Notes under the pieces: model-generated
What the model was told of the DNA's origin: nothing
What the model saw: only the letters and a program-made list of their open reading frames with translations
Databases searched by the model: none
NCBI GenBank assembly: GCA_028023455.1
Contig: JAQFVV010000001.1
Span: 4,650,001 to 4,714,000 of the forward strand
Source of the DNA: Epiperipatus broadwayi
Taxonomy: Eukaryota > Animalia > Onychophora
Reading direction: 5' to 3'
Length of the DNA: 64,000 nucleotides
In this document: in pieces, positions 50,001-63,038 of the stretch
Position numbering within the stretch: position 1 is the stretch's first letter
Layout: each line of letters begins with the position of its first letter
Made by a program: the position numbers and the translations under genes

Positions 50001-51580
50001 GGTGTGAATACATTGTGAATTTATAACTTCTACTTGAAATATTGGTATATAGGATTAAATATGTTATAGCCTGCACACATATTAGCATCAGCTTGGAGTG
50101 CTATAGGAACTTTTAGTGTGGATGGGTGGTCCAGGGCCCAGTGAATATATCCCCAGATCCATGTATGTTGGCAAGACAAATTCTTCTTTTCTTAATGGCA
50201 AGATATTCTTTAAGTTGTTTGATGGTTTTTTTGATAAATGTGGAAAAGTGCATGTAACTGGTGATGAGTGTGATGTGCAGGATTCATTAATGTAATCTAT
50301 GTATGCAATTCACTGGATAATTCCAGAAATTGGGAGAATGGAAGTGAATGGCATGTGAGATGTTGGATATTGAATGATATTATATGTATAAAGATGAGGG
50401 TGGACTGGATCAAGTTCTATTTGTTCCAATTTCTACAAAATGATATATGTTTCTGAGAATAAAAACTCTGTGATATGTGAGGGTAGAAGAACTCAAATGA
50501 TTTTATATAAATGAATGGCTGTGATGTGTAGTTCATCAAGATTCATGATGAGAGATTGTCCAGAGTAGTCAGAGAAAGGAGTAGGATTAAGATCAAGTTG
50601 TATTAAATGATGTAGAATTGGTGAGTAAAAGCAAAGATCGAGGAATGAGATTTAATGCTTATTATGGAATGTGACAGAGTTGGAAGGCAAAAAAACCTTG
50701 ACAACTCATAAGTGAAAAGGTTATTAGGGGAAGCCATTTTGACATAAATTTTTGATAATCAAGATTAAAATCCCCATTAAAACATTTGGGTGATGTTAAG
50801 AGGCAAGCAAGAAGTTAATTGTCAGAATAATGATTGAAATAATAATATTATCAGGAGGGATATATACAAATATAATATTTAGACTTGTAATATGGCTGTG
50901 CAATGTGGTGATCAAAATATTTGAGCTATATAAATAATCTTGAATGATGAAATGGGAAGCTGGGAGTGAGAATACTAGTTCTAGCTGATGGTGAAGACAA
51001 GCACAGAAGCCCTCTTTATTGAGGTAAGCAGCATAGTCAATCTGGGATCCATTGTATATTTTCATTTCAAGAAATCCAAGAACATGAGATTGTATATTGC
51101 TTATTCACTTTTTTAATTGAAAAAATTTAGACACTAAGTTGATACCTTGAACATTAAGTGCAGTAATTTTTAGTTTCATTATCAAGGTTTTTTAAGGTAA
51201 TTAATTGTAGTTGTCAAGTCAAAGTGGGTATAAATTTTTAATGTTTTCAGGCAGGTCTGGTTATATTATGAATTTATAATGGTGGTTGATCAGTAGCTAA
51301 CAATGTTTCCAACACAGCTGTTGATTGTATTTGTTATTTATGGGAGGTGTAGGGATAGATTGATCTATGCAGTCAAATAAGAGGCATTCAGTTTGTATGA
51401 GGGTATGATTGGTTCCTACAGAGATGGAGTCCAGCAACATCAGCTCAACCTCATCTGTTTTTGGTTTTTAAGTTGCAGAGTTTTTTGGGGGACATTCAGG
51501 CTTTCTTTTTGTTTCACTAGAAGTGTTGTGGGGAGAGATGGCTGGTATAGGTGGTAAACATAAAGAAATTGTCTCCATGA
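47032..51580 (-). mobile_element. L1/Tx1-clade LINE, 5'-truncated and more decayed (element L1-c)
   Basis: ORF2 ATG at 51177-51179 (MKLKITALNVQGIN), APE fragment 50796..51065, RT SISQG...FYINPLL...MAYMGD (48756..49079), 48306..48566; AATAAA at 47046-47051; interrupted by a hAT MITE. Confidence 0.85.
49228..49664. mobile_element. hAT (Charlie/Buster-type) MITE, 437 bp
   Basis: Perfect 15-bp TIR CAGGGATGCCCAACC (49228-49242 and 49650-49664); perfect 8-bp TSD CTCTAGAT (49220-49227 and 49665-49672), fitting the NTCTAGAN preference. Confidence 0.95.
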
Positions 51581-53964
51581 TTATTATTATTGTTGCTGTT
51601 GTTGTAAAAACTATATACTAAAAGAACTTGAGTTAGCAAGTTAATATGAACACTAACTTAGCTTTTCATGAATTTTCATCAGAATCATAGCAGAGAACAA
51701 CATTCAGTTGGAAATCTGAATACATAGAGGTTGGAAAATATGTAAATTTGTCTCAATATGCAAATTATGTGTTCCATTTCTTTGATAGTAGGACGCAAGA
51801 GACTTTTCAGTTAATTGAATGTGGGTCCCCTGCAGTCACAAATGCTTCTTTAAATCATCCCTCTCTGTGCATATTGTTTTAATATTAGAAGGAAAAAAGA
51901 TGTGACCCATTGTGTTCAACAAAAATTGATTTGGGTTAGTAACTTGATTTGTTTTATTTTTTTATAGATAGGTATGACTGATTTTCTTAAAATTTGAAAG
52001 TCTCAGTCTTCCAAACTATTTGGTTCCTGCATTAAATGACATATATGTTATATATGTTGTTGATGTGCTTGTATGTGCTACAGAGCACAAAATCAATAAT
52101 ATTCACACAGAACTAAACAAAGCGTCTTCGCTTAAATGGACTACTGAAAACGAGGATACAAATCAAAGTAAAAATTTTTAGACTTACATATACATGAAAC
52201 AAAGATGTGCTCGAGTATAAAATGAATTTTAAAAAAATCAATTCAAGTTGGAAGAACCATCCACCCCTATTCTAGTGTTCCATTCAAACACAAAATGGCT
52301 GGCGTAAAGAGTTTTTTATGCAAAAGAATAGAAAATTATGTAAATACGATGTGAACAACAAAACTAACATTAAATTACATATTAAACTTAATCAACATTG
52401 GATATAATTATATAAACTTCCCAATAATACTAACCTGGCCAAACCATGGATAGTCTTTTATTCATCCCTCACATTTTAACAAAACTCCAGAAAATCTGCA
52501 CAGAGTAACTTTTAGATTGCATCCCTCTCTCAACAACTTTCTAACAACACCAAGGATAAACTCCTTTAAAACATGTCCCCCAAATTACATATAAAATATT
52601 GAGATCTGCCTCAGCTTGTAGTGTGGTGTACTTCAAACCTGAAATCCCAGGCATTGTTGATAAAGGTAAAACCCAGAAACTAGTTTAAAGATAGGGTTCA
52701 ATTACTAAGAATACGAATTTTATATTCATCTAGTAATCATTAATTAATTTAAGATTACACTAGAGAGCGAAAAGCAGAGGAGTGCTTTTGTTCAGAAATA
52801 TATTGTATCAATCCGTTGTAGAATAAATAAAGTAATGATGTATACAGAAGAAAGTAGGAGAAGCATATTGACTAAAAAGTAGTGTATTTTACTAACCTAG
52901 TACTTCCATTATTAACTAAACATTATTTCCTAGTTGAACAGATAATTGTACTCTTTATTATTGAATAGAGAAAATAATGAAAGAATTAACAATCAAGTTT
53001 TAGTGTTTTACATTGAATGCCATCAGATAAAGGTTTAAATTTGAAATATTATAGATAAATATATGGAGGCTGCTTAACATGCATAATAAGTAGCTGGTAA
53101 TCACCTTTACCCAATATATTTTTTAACAACATTAAAATGGCAAATATTAAATGAAAACTCATGTTTGTAGGAATTTATTTATTTACTCTGGATAAATAAA
53201 ACCTCACAATTAAGACTATTAATAATAAAAAAATCAGATAATGAAATTGAAAAAGCTGTATAAAATGAAACAAAGTAAAGTTTTTCTCCGCTTTATTTAG
53301 CTTATTCTATTATACATTTTACATCTTGGATGATTATAGCTCATTATTAATTAGTAGATTAGTCGCGATTTTACAATTAACTTCAAATTGTTCAAACCAA
53401 GTTTTGTTTTCATTTGACAAATAAGAATACCAAATGTTCTAACAATTTTATTTGCAATTCAAATCTTTTTTGTATATTAATCCTTTATATTAATGATTAT
53501 GCAACAGACATGTTAAAAACTAGAAATAAATAATTCAAATGATGGTATAAAATTATGAAAAAGATAGACTAATCTAAAAGAGTTTTTTCCAGTCAAGCAT
53601 CATTTTCAAGCAGCCAATGTTAGATTTCTAAAATGTAGCCTTCAACAAAATTGATTCAAATGAGTTTATTCTTTGGAGATGCTTTCTTTTTTCTTCTTAT
53701 ATAATAACTTGATCTCTAAATAACATAAATGTGAATAATTTTTTCATACTTTCAACCCTATTTAACCTTTTACATGCTGTATATTACATCAACACATTAA
53801 TAAGTATATTATATATTTTTTAAGATTTTTGTATTTGTTGGAACAAAGTACATTTTTTATTTTCAGTTTTGTTCAAAAAATAAATTCAATAAATGAAATG
53901 TAAACTATTAATTTTGCAAATAAATAAAAATGATATAAACAAATTAATCATAGAATTAAACTTG

Positions 53965-54465
53965 ATTGGAGTACTTTTGGTAGAAATAACTTGATACTAA
54001 AAGAAAATATGCCTGTGTTTGAAAATGAAAGTTTTTAATAAATGTGTTTTACCACTTTTTACTTATGGATCTGAAACTTGGACACTTAATAGAAGAGCAA
54101 TACAGAGACTTCAGACCACTCAAAGAAGTATGGAGAGATGCATGTTGGGAGTAACAAGAAGAGATCGAAAACGCAATATATGAATAAGAGAACAAACAAG
54201 TGTTACTGACCACATTGAAAAAAGTAAAAGACTGAAATGGAGTTGGGCTGGACATATTGCTAAAAGAGATGATAATAGATGGACAATTGAAATCTTAAAC
54301 TGGATTCCAAGAGATTGTAAAAGACCCAGAAAGAGACCACATGTGAGATGGATGGATGATATAAGAAAGTGTGCAGGGGTGATGTGGAGAAGAGAAGCTA
54401 AAGATCAGAGAAGATGGATTGAACTTGGAGAGACCTTCATCCTGCAGTAGGTTGATGATGATAAT
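53965..54465 (+). mobile_element. RTE-clade LINE 3' fragment
   Basis: TYGSETWTL..LQTTQRSMERCMLGVTRRDR...KWSWAGHIA..RWT...RWMDDI, ending in TGATGATGAT. Confidence 0.9.
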
Positions 54466-55360
54466 AGTACATTTTCAAGACAAGACTTCATTTTAGCCTA
54501 TAGGTTTAAAAATGTTTAGGAAAGAATTAATAATGATTATTTTAAAATTTAATATTTTTTGTATGTATTTTTCTAAAGCATATCTTCAAATAAAACTCTT
54601 TTTAAAAAATTAAAATTTTATTTATAATTATAAAAAAGCCAAAATATTAGATTAATAGTTTTGATAGCTATTAACAAGAGTTATGTTTATCTTCTTTGAT
54701 ATCTGATGTCACTGAAGTTTTACTTGACTAATTATCTTTACAGAATTATAAAAATTCAATAAAATCAAAATAAAAGTGACACCTATATATTTAGAAAATA
54801 ATTTAATAAAGACAAAAAAATAAAGAGTAAAAAGATAGATTTTATATAAACTTATTATTTTACTTTCATATTATAAACAATAGACAATGCAGCTTCAGAC
54901 ATCCAGTTATTTATTATATTTAGAACGAATAATTTTCAAAAGCTTATATTTTAATTGAAATTTCTACAATTAAAAGTTGAAAGCAGATTCTAACCATAAT
55001 TAGGAGACATTGTTCTTATTCAAAAAATGTTAAGGATTATTGGCAAAAGTTTTAAAATTGTACATACTTCAAAACATCTTTCAGTTTTTGTTTAAAATCT
55101 CATATATGAATTTTGCATGCTTTTCATTCTACTTTTTTTTTTTTTATAATCTATAACTTTTATATAAAAAAATGTACAAAATAAAAAATGAGTCATACTG
55201 CTATTTTTAAAAACTATTGAAAATAAGAATAAATTATCTGCGTTGTGATATATCATACATATGCATAATGCTGTGTTTTATAGTTTATCAAAATTAATTT
55301 CATTGACTTTTGACTTCAAGATGCTAAAAAATTATGACAAGCAGAGGAATGGTTAAAACT

Positions 55361-55475
55361 TGTAGGCTGTTACTAACAGTTGAATGTATTTGGAATATTT
55401 AAATAAAGTTAAATTTTTCTAAAGACATATAATACTCATATTAGATGGAAATAGTTCAACATATAAATACAACTA
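55361..55475 (+). repeat. Repeat family 3 fragment
   Basis: TACTAACAGTTGAATGTATTT...AATTTTTCTAAAGA matches 4330-4385 and 12963-13015. Confidence 0.6.
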
Positions 55476-58096
55476 TGATTATGGTTGGCTCAGTAGAAGA
55501 AAATTCAAGTTTGATTCAATATCTGCTACAGAAACAAACTATGTATTTGATATGGAAGGACTATGATTACAACAATTTCAAGAATAATGCAAGCTATAGT
55601 CTAAATGCCAAGATAGACACAATATACAACCATATTTAGCCAAATGAAGACAGTAGCATACAGCACTATTATCACTGAACAGGTTTTATGACTAAACAAA
55701 TGCCCAAAATATGGATAATCAACATTTTTAAAGCTAACAAAAAACTATTCACATCTCAATTATATCTCCTCAGAATTGTTCTTTTAGTGATTGTTAATCA
55801 TCTGAGATAAATAAGTAGTCTTCTAGAACTGATCGACATACATATATACACACATACATATATTCGCGAGAAAGTATGGTAATATTAATACAGAACGTTA
55901 AAAAAGTATAGATTCATTTATAGTTGTATTTATAAATTATATATTTTACATTTTAATTTATTAAACATAATGTCGAAAGGCAAAAAAATGATTTATTCTT
56001 TAGTTATGAATCTTTTCTTTAAACGATATTTATCAATAACTTTTCCTAGTTTATCAGGTTGCCTGTTAATATTATAATGATAAAAAATAAAATTAATATT
56101 TGTTCAAGTATCACTGTGTTCCATCTCTAGTATGAAAGGTGTGCCTATTATCATCAGGGTGACTTTAGAAATTCCGCATTAGACAGTCTTAGATAAATAA
56201 AAGTTGTAAAAATATTTAAAAATGATAAGCCACGATATAATCTATTAGCATAACAGGGTGGGGGAACAGATTCTATATATATGCGTTTTAAATACAATCT
56301 AATTGGTTAAAGTTACAAAATATATTATAAAGTATAATATTAACTTTTTTGATGAAATGATCCCCCTCTTTCTTAAAAGTTAAATTGAGTGATGTTATAT
56401 GAAACTCCATTATTTAATTCTTAGAAAAGAGGAATCTGTTTATCTTTAGTGCGTTTTAAAAGTCAGTTAAATACATTATTCTTAAAAGAAAATCCACTAA
56501 TATATGTTTTATGTTTATACATAAATAGAGATGGCAATGATAATGAGAAATAAGAATAATAGCAGATTTCTGTACAGACATAGAAGGCATATGCCCCAGA
56601 CCTCATATATGCAGGAAACCCAAATGCACAAAACCATTTCAAACTTTATACTCACGTGATAACGAACTGAACAGATATATAATGACATTGTAAAACATAT
56701 ATAGAAATGATATTGAAGTATGCTTGCTTAAAGAAATCCAACATGTGAAATGTACAAAGATTTAATTAATGATTTGCAGATTTTTTTTTTTATAAAGATA
56801 ATTTTGAAAATATTTCTCATCTTACTCGTTTGTAACTCAAATAATAACTAAATCATTTTAATTCCCATATAGATTTAAAAAATATTATTTTTTTGTATAT
56901 TTCAAGTTACTAATTAAGTCAACTGTTAGGAATGTATGAATCCATAATTGTATTTATTTGTAGTTTGAGAATATTCGTAAAGTTTAAAAAAAATTCTGGC
57001 TTTGTATATGCTTGTACACTTTAAATATATAATATGATGCTATTCATGAAATATTTAACATCCTTATGTTTTACTTTAAAATACCTGTAGTAATACTACT
57101 AATATTAAGTTGACCAACCTATAAAATTTAAAAGCCATAATTTCTTCCAAATATTCACCCAATTCATCAAGTATGATTATACTTCTGATAAAATAAAAAC
57201 AATATATTAGACATTATAAATTTCTGATTATCCATTGATTTAATTCGTTTATTTTACTAGCTAATTATGTTTAGAAATGACAGTGACAATAAAGCACAAC
57301 CTTATAAATTGCAAAAAAAGTCATATAATAGTGATTTATAAATTGAAATATCATTATTGTTTTTCAAATTGCACTTCTCTTTTTTCCCTAGCAGTTAATT
57401 TATCTCAAAAAAAGGAGGGAAAATACTGAATATGTGACCAGTGGAAATAAACTTTTGAAAAAACACTGTTAGCAAAATTCAATTAATATCTTAGTTCAGT
57501 CCAACTACTGACTTATGTACATTTACATATAAACATTTCTCCTACATCCACATTTTTTAAACAAATTTTTTATTTATATAAAGACAAACATAAGATATAC
57601 ATTAAATATGTTAACCATACTAAAGTTTTAATTAAACTTCAGGTAATCAGCAACAACATACCTGTATAGTAATTTATCATTTACATTTTTCACTAATCTA
57701 TTTTTTGAATAATAATAATAAAATGTTTTTAAAATAATTAATAAAACAACAACAACAAAAAAATAACAGATTAGCTAAATTTAAAATACATATAAAATAA
57801 ATAAATTGGATTTATAAAATCTTTATTAACTGTAATTAAGAGTTTTTTTTCACTATATTTTTTGCTCTAAAACATAAAATAAATATTAGTCATGATTTAT
57901 AAACATTAAAAGATTCAAATTTATTTATATTTGATATTAAATGACAAGCAAAGCTAAGAATTTTGATTCATCTATTTAAAAGAGGAATTTTTTCTTCTTT
58001 AACTATTCTCCCATAATATATCACTATTATATGTGTCACATTGTAGATAATTTTATCCTTTTTCCAATATATTTTCAAAATGGCAGTATGATTTAT

Positions 58097-58742
58097 AAAT
58101 ATTTTGGTATTTATGAGTTTTCTTGTAAACAAGATGGCAGCATGTATTTTTGATAAATATACAATTTTGAGGGCATATAATCTACCAACAATGTGTTAGT
58201 TGTTAAATTAAAACAAAATTAATAAACTGATTGTTAAATTAAAAAAAAATCCAATAAAATTCATTAAGTTTCATTTCAATTTTTTTTACTTGTTAATAGC
58301 AACTGATTGTTAAATGACCTTGTCATTCTTTGGTTCAATTCGGCATGTTTCTTTTTGTCAGGAACATTCCTGTCACAGAGCATGATGCAGTGGACTATCT
58401 ATCTTGCCCTTCCGAAAGTGTATGTTAATGGTCATGATATGATTGCAAGCTGCCGACATAAATAGTGTAAATATTGTACTCATATTTTTTAATTTTTTTT
58501 CTGCTAATAAATTAATAAAAAAAAAGAAAATACATTGTAAATATTGTAATTAATTTTTTCACAATGATTTCTTTTTCAAAAATAACACTAATAAAAAATA
58601 AAATATAAATATTAAATATGATGTTTCCTAGCAGACATTTTTTGTAGACATTTCTTGTCCCTAACCCCCTGAAACTGTAGATTTGTCAAAATATGGGCTG
58701 CCATCTTTAATTTACTGGACAACTCATAAGTACTAATGTTTT
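58097..58742. mobile_element. Old TIR element with ~70-bp imperfect inverted ends
   Basis: TTATGAGTT..GTAAA..AAGATGGCAGC..ATTTT.GA.AAAT at the left end is mirrored at 58670-58740; no TSD recognised. Confidence 0.5.
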
Positions 58743-60852
58743 TAATATAAAAAAAAATTTTTAGGAGAAAAGTATTGAGAATTCATATATGATAACTTTA
58801 AAATAAATTTATGGATGCTTTTTAATATATGCAATTTTAATAACATATTTTATGTTATAGTGAAATGAAATATCTCAATGTAAAATTACTTTTAATTATA
58901 AATACAAAAAAATAAATATTTAACATTAATTTTTTTGAATGATAACAGGCATGCATCTGACTCAAATAGTAAACAATATTTCATATGATTTAGTAAAAAA
59001 AATTTATAATCAGTAATGGTCATTTGTCTATAATATAATTTTTTCATTGTAATTGATAACACAGGTCTACACATGACTATCCTAGTCTTCAAAAAGTAAG
59101 TGTTTGCATTTTTTAATATTGCTTAGTTATTTTGACTAATTACGTATTTGATGTTTGAGCAATTAGTAGTATATTCGATGATCCACCATGCCTTAATATT
59201 ATTACTCATATTAATCTTTTCATATAAATTTAACCTTGAGGAATTGTTTTGTTTATTAATACTGTTATCATTGACACAATTTTAATTAAGAATAGTTCAA
59301 TATCATCATCACATAACATTTAATGTGTATTTATCTTGTGCATACAACAATTATACTAAATATGTATTAATTTTCATTCATTTATTTGCTCTTTTATCAG
59401 ATCACTTCAATAATAAGACTTTTACTATCTTATTAAATATATAAAATATAAACCAAAATTGTTATATTTAAATTAACTCATTAAATAAATCACTTGTAAT
59501 AGAATAAACATTAAAATAAGATTTGATTTGTTATATAAAATAATCTAAATATTTAATCTTAGGAATTTTTGACATTTATCTTTTTACACATAGCTATAAT
59601 ATGAATTTATACCATTAATAAAGGTTATTTTAATAAGCTATTGTTTGTTCAGATGTATTTTATAAAAATTAAATTGACTAAACTTTTACTATCTGATTGA
59701 AAACTTTTTGCTTGAACAAATTATTAGTTTTAATCAGTTATTTTTGGAATTTCTAATCACAATAAAATACAAAAATTAAACCTTGTGGATATTTAATTAT
59801 ACATGTAATCTATTGAAATGATATAATTTGTAAAATTTTATTTCTTATACACATATCTCAATATGATTCATATCAATAATATAATATATATGTATAAAGT
59901 CAAATTTTACACCTTCCATTTGAGAAATAAGTAAAACAAATTAAAAATAAATAATTCTAGTAACAAACAATATAAAAGATAATGTAAATTAGATGGTCAT
60001 CTAGAGGAAATGAAATATGACTTTATTTTAAAATGTCTACTATAAAGAAATATCACTAAATAGTAAAGCATAATTTTAAAGTAGCTATTCCACTGGTAGA
60101 TGCTAATAAATAAGCATCAATGAATAGTAAGAAAGAACTTAGAAACATCCTGATATTATTTATATGAAGTTTTGAATATAACTATTTAAAATATAAAAAT
60201 GTTTAAGTTATCATTATTGGTGTTAGTTTCAATGTTAGATGTGTTTAAGCTTTCATTTAATTCTAGATTCATTTATGTTAATCGTATTCTTACATTTAAG
60301 CGATATACACAAAGAACATTTGTGTTTCCTATCTATTTAAGATTTCTCGTTTAATTCATATAGCAATCATAAACTTAATGACTTGATTAAACATATTGCA
60401 GAAAGGAAAGAGATAAATACCTAGAATTTCATAAAGATTTAAAAACTAACAATTTAATAAATATTTAAAAAAGCTTTTTGCAAACAATAATTATGACTAA
60501 AATTTTAAAACATTGAATATATCATTTATGGGGTTTGAATGATTGCCTCACAGTTTTTTAAATATTGATTTCAGAGACTTATCTCACTAGGAGATGATGG
60601 TTGGTATAAAAAATTAACATATCGTCATGAATAAAAAGTTTTGAAGGTTGTTCTGAAATATGCTTAAAGTGTTAAATCTTATATTTTAAAGGTTATCTGT
60701 TCCAATCTTTACAACAATAAACTTAGCTTTAAAAAAATTTTTCAGAATAAATATATATACATTTTGTTCCAGTAACAAAAAACTAGAACTTGAAAGTATG
60801 CATCTGCTAACAAAGTTTATATATATAAATAGAAATTCATATAACATTACAA

Positions 60853-60968
60853 TACTAGCCACAAAACAAAATTTTACTAAAAAATTTCCACAACCATGAT
60901 TTCATCTAAATATTTGTTTATAGATGAAACCATGATTGTGGAAGAATTTTAGCAAAATTTTGCTAGTA
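60853..60968. repeat. Short foldback hairpin
   Basis: ~42-bp arms 60867-60908 and 60921-60962 with a few mismatches; 12-nt loop. Confidence 0.7.
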
Positions 60969-61402
60969 TTACAATCTTATATAAATTTCTATTTTATTTA
61001 TGATTACTAGTATAATGTTAGGCAGTATTTAATTTATATATACAGGGGAGGGGATAACTGGAATCATTCTCTGATGTGTGCACCTATATGATTCTGCTGT
61101 TATATACATCTTGCAAAAATCCTTCTATATCAGTTTACCAAATGATATTACTGTGTGAAATTGTGGAGCCACGTAACACATTTTTTTGTAAAGTGCATTT
61201 TGCATTTTGGTCAATTTTTTTATAATGGTTGAAAAGTTTGACAATGTGAAATTCTGTTTTGGTTTACAGAAAATGAGGAGAAAAATATTGTAATGCTTGA
61301 AAAAGATTATAAGAAAGCTGATCTTATAAAACACAAGTTTATGAATAGTTTAATTGAAATATTACATTTACCACATCCCTGAAAAGTGATACAACTGAAG
61401 TC

Positions 61403-62020
61403 AAACCATTAAACATCACATGATCACCATTTCTTATGCTTGTTCATAACTATTATTAAAACAGCTATGCCACTCAGTGCAAGCCAGAGCAATCAATGGA
61501 TACCAGAAGGCTAGTGCATAATATCCCTATTTCACACCTACTCATCCAATATTCTTAGATTAGTTTCTAGCTTGTGGTGTTCATCGTCAAGGAGCCTTGG
61601 ATCTGAGAGTATTGCATCAGACTATTTTCTAACTTGTGGCTTCCATCAGCAAGGAACCTTGGATCTGAGAGCACGGCACCAGACTAGTTTCTAGCTTGTG
61701 GATATTGTCAGTGAGGAGCCTTGGAGCACTGCATCTTAGTTTCTAGCTTGTGGCTTTTGTCAGTGAAGAGTGTACCTAAGGTGCAGTACTCTCAAATCCA
61801 AGGCTCTTTATTGACAAAAGCCACATGCCAGAAACTAGTATGGTGCAGTGCTCTCAGATCCAAGGCTTCTTGCTGACAAAAGCTACAAGCTATAAATGAA
61901 TCTGGGGATATTGGATGAGTAGGCACTAGATAGGGATTTTATGCACTAGCCTTTTGGCTTCCATTGATTACTCTAGCTTGCACTGAGTGGCACTACTATA
62001 TGAAGACTTTTGCCTGTTTT
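61403..62020. mobile_element. Family 2 long copy with an internal 62-bp tandem array, inverted about its centre
   Basis: Outer arms 61469-61558 and 61900-61991; units 61561-61622, 61623-61684, 61685-61736, partial 61737-61770; inverted units ~61780-61895; weak 8-bp TSD candidate AAGTCAAA. Confidence 0.85.
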
Positions 62021-62838
62021 AAGTCAAAGTCAAAACAATGCTGATTTTTTTTTTAAGCAAAAGGGAAGTTTTCTCTCAAATTTAGATTGTAATTGTCAGG
62101 CATTTTATCTACAAGTTCTGAAGTATTTGCGTGATGCAGTTGTGACAAAGAAAAGAGTGCAAACTCCACTCCACAAAGTATTATCTCTCACAGCCTTGAG
62201 TGTGGAGCATTTTTTAAATTAAATTTAGCATGATCCAGCTTATCTATTAGCCATATCTGCTCAATCTCGTTTTGTGCAATTTTTTTAAATCTCTCATATG
62301 AAAAAAATGGCTCAATTTTTTTTTGTGAACTTGGAAGTGATAAAAAAACTCAAAGAGGCATTAAAAGATATCACTTTGCAAGTATTACAGGATTACTTTG
62401 AAAAATAAAAAACACATTTAAATCTGTGTATTGCATCAAATGGATAGTAATTTGAAAGAGATTAAATTTATAACATTTAAAAATAAATAAACAATTTTTT
62501 ATTATAAAATTCTGTTTATTTTTTGGTTCCCCCTTGTATATATATAAAACTGAACTGAAAGTAACTGAAGCTTGCAATGAATATATAATGTAAATAAATT
62601 CTTCAAAAGTCATATGACTCTATCTATCTCTCAGCATTTGTTCTTATATATGCTTAGTTTATTTATATAATTTTAATTAAGGAGTAAATTTGATCTATTG
62701 ATTATATATATTTATAATATAAATAATAAGAATCATCATTTATATATTCAGAAAATCAACGTTTATTTATTACCTTAAAAAAATAATTTATCGATTAACA
62801 AAGTCATTAACTTTTTTTTTTTTTAGCTTGTCAGTTTT

Positions 62839-63038
62839 AAATATAAGGGATGAGTGTTGGTTCAGCACGAAATACATATATTAGTGATTATTTATCTTTC
62901 CTACATGTGTTTGGTCATGTGTATCAGTAGCATGAGATAGTGTGGATAGTTGAAGATTGCTTGAAAGTCTGAGTTCAAATCCCCTATATTTACAATTAAG
63001 TTCCAGGTATAAGGTATAAGAATGCCTGTATTTCAAAT
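62839..63038 (+). mobile_element. Family 1 copy, 5'-truncated inside the ribozyme core
   Basis: GATGA-GTGTT-GGTTC-AGCAC-GAAA-TACATA-TA-TTAGTGATTAT at 62849-62891; TSD candidate CTTGTCAGTTTT / CTTATCAGTTTT (11 of 12). Confidence 0.8.

Noticed and set aside
51690-51880. ~60-codon open frame on + without a start codon
   Set aside because: No homology recognised, no donor site, length within chance expectation.
61561-61895. CRISPR array
   Set aside because: Units are contiguous with no unique spacers, the array inverts at its centre, no cas genes, eukaryotic context.
61905-61940. GGATGAG-TAGGCACTA-GAAA-like motif in family 2 arms as a ribozyme
   Set aside because: Lacks C3/U4, GAAA is not conserved among copies, helix II closing pair mismatched.
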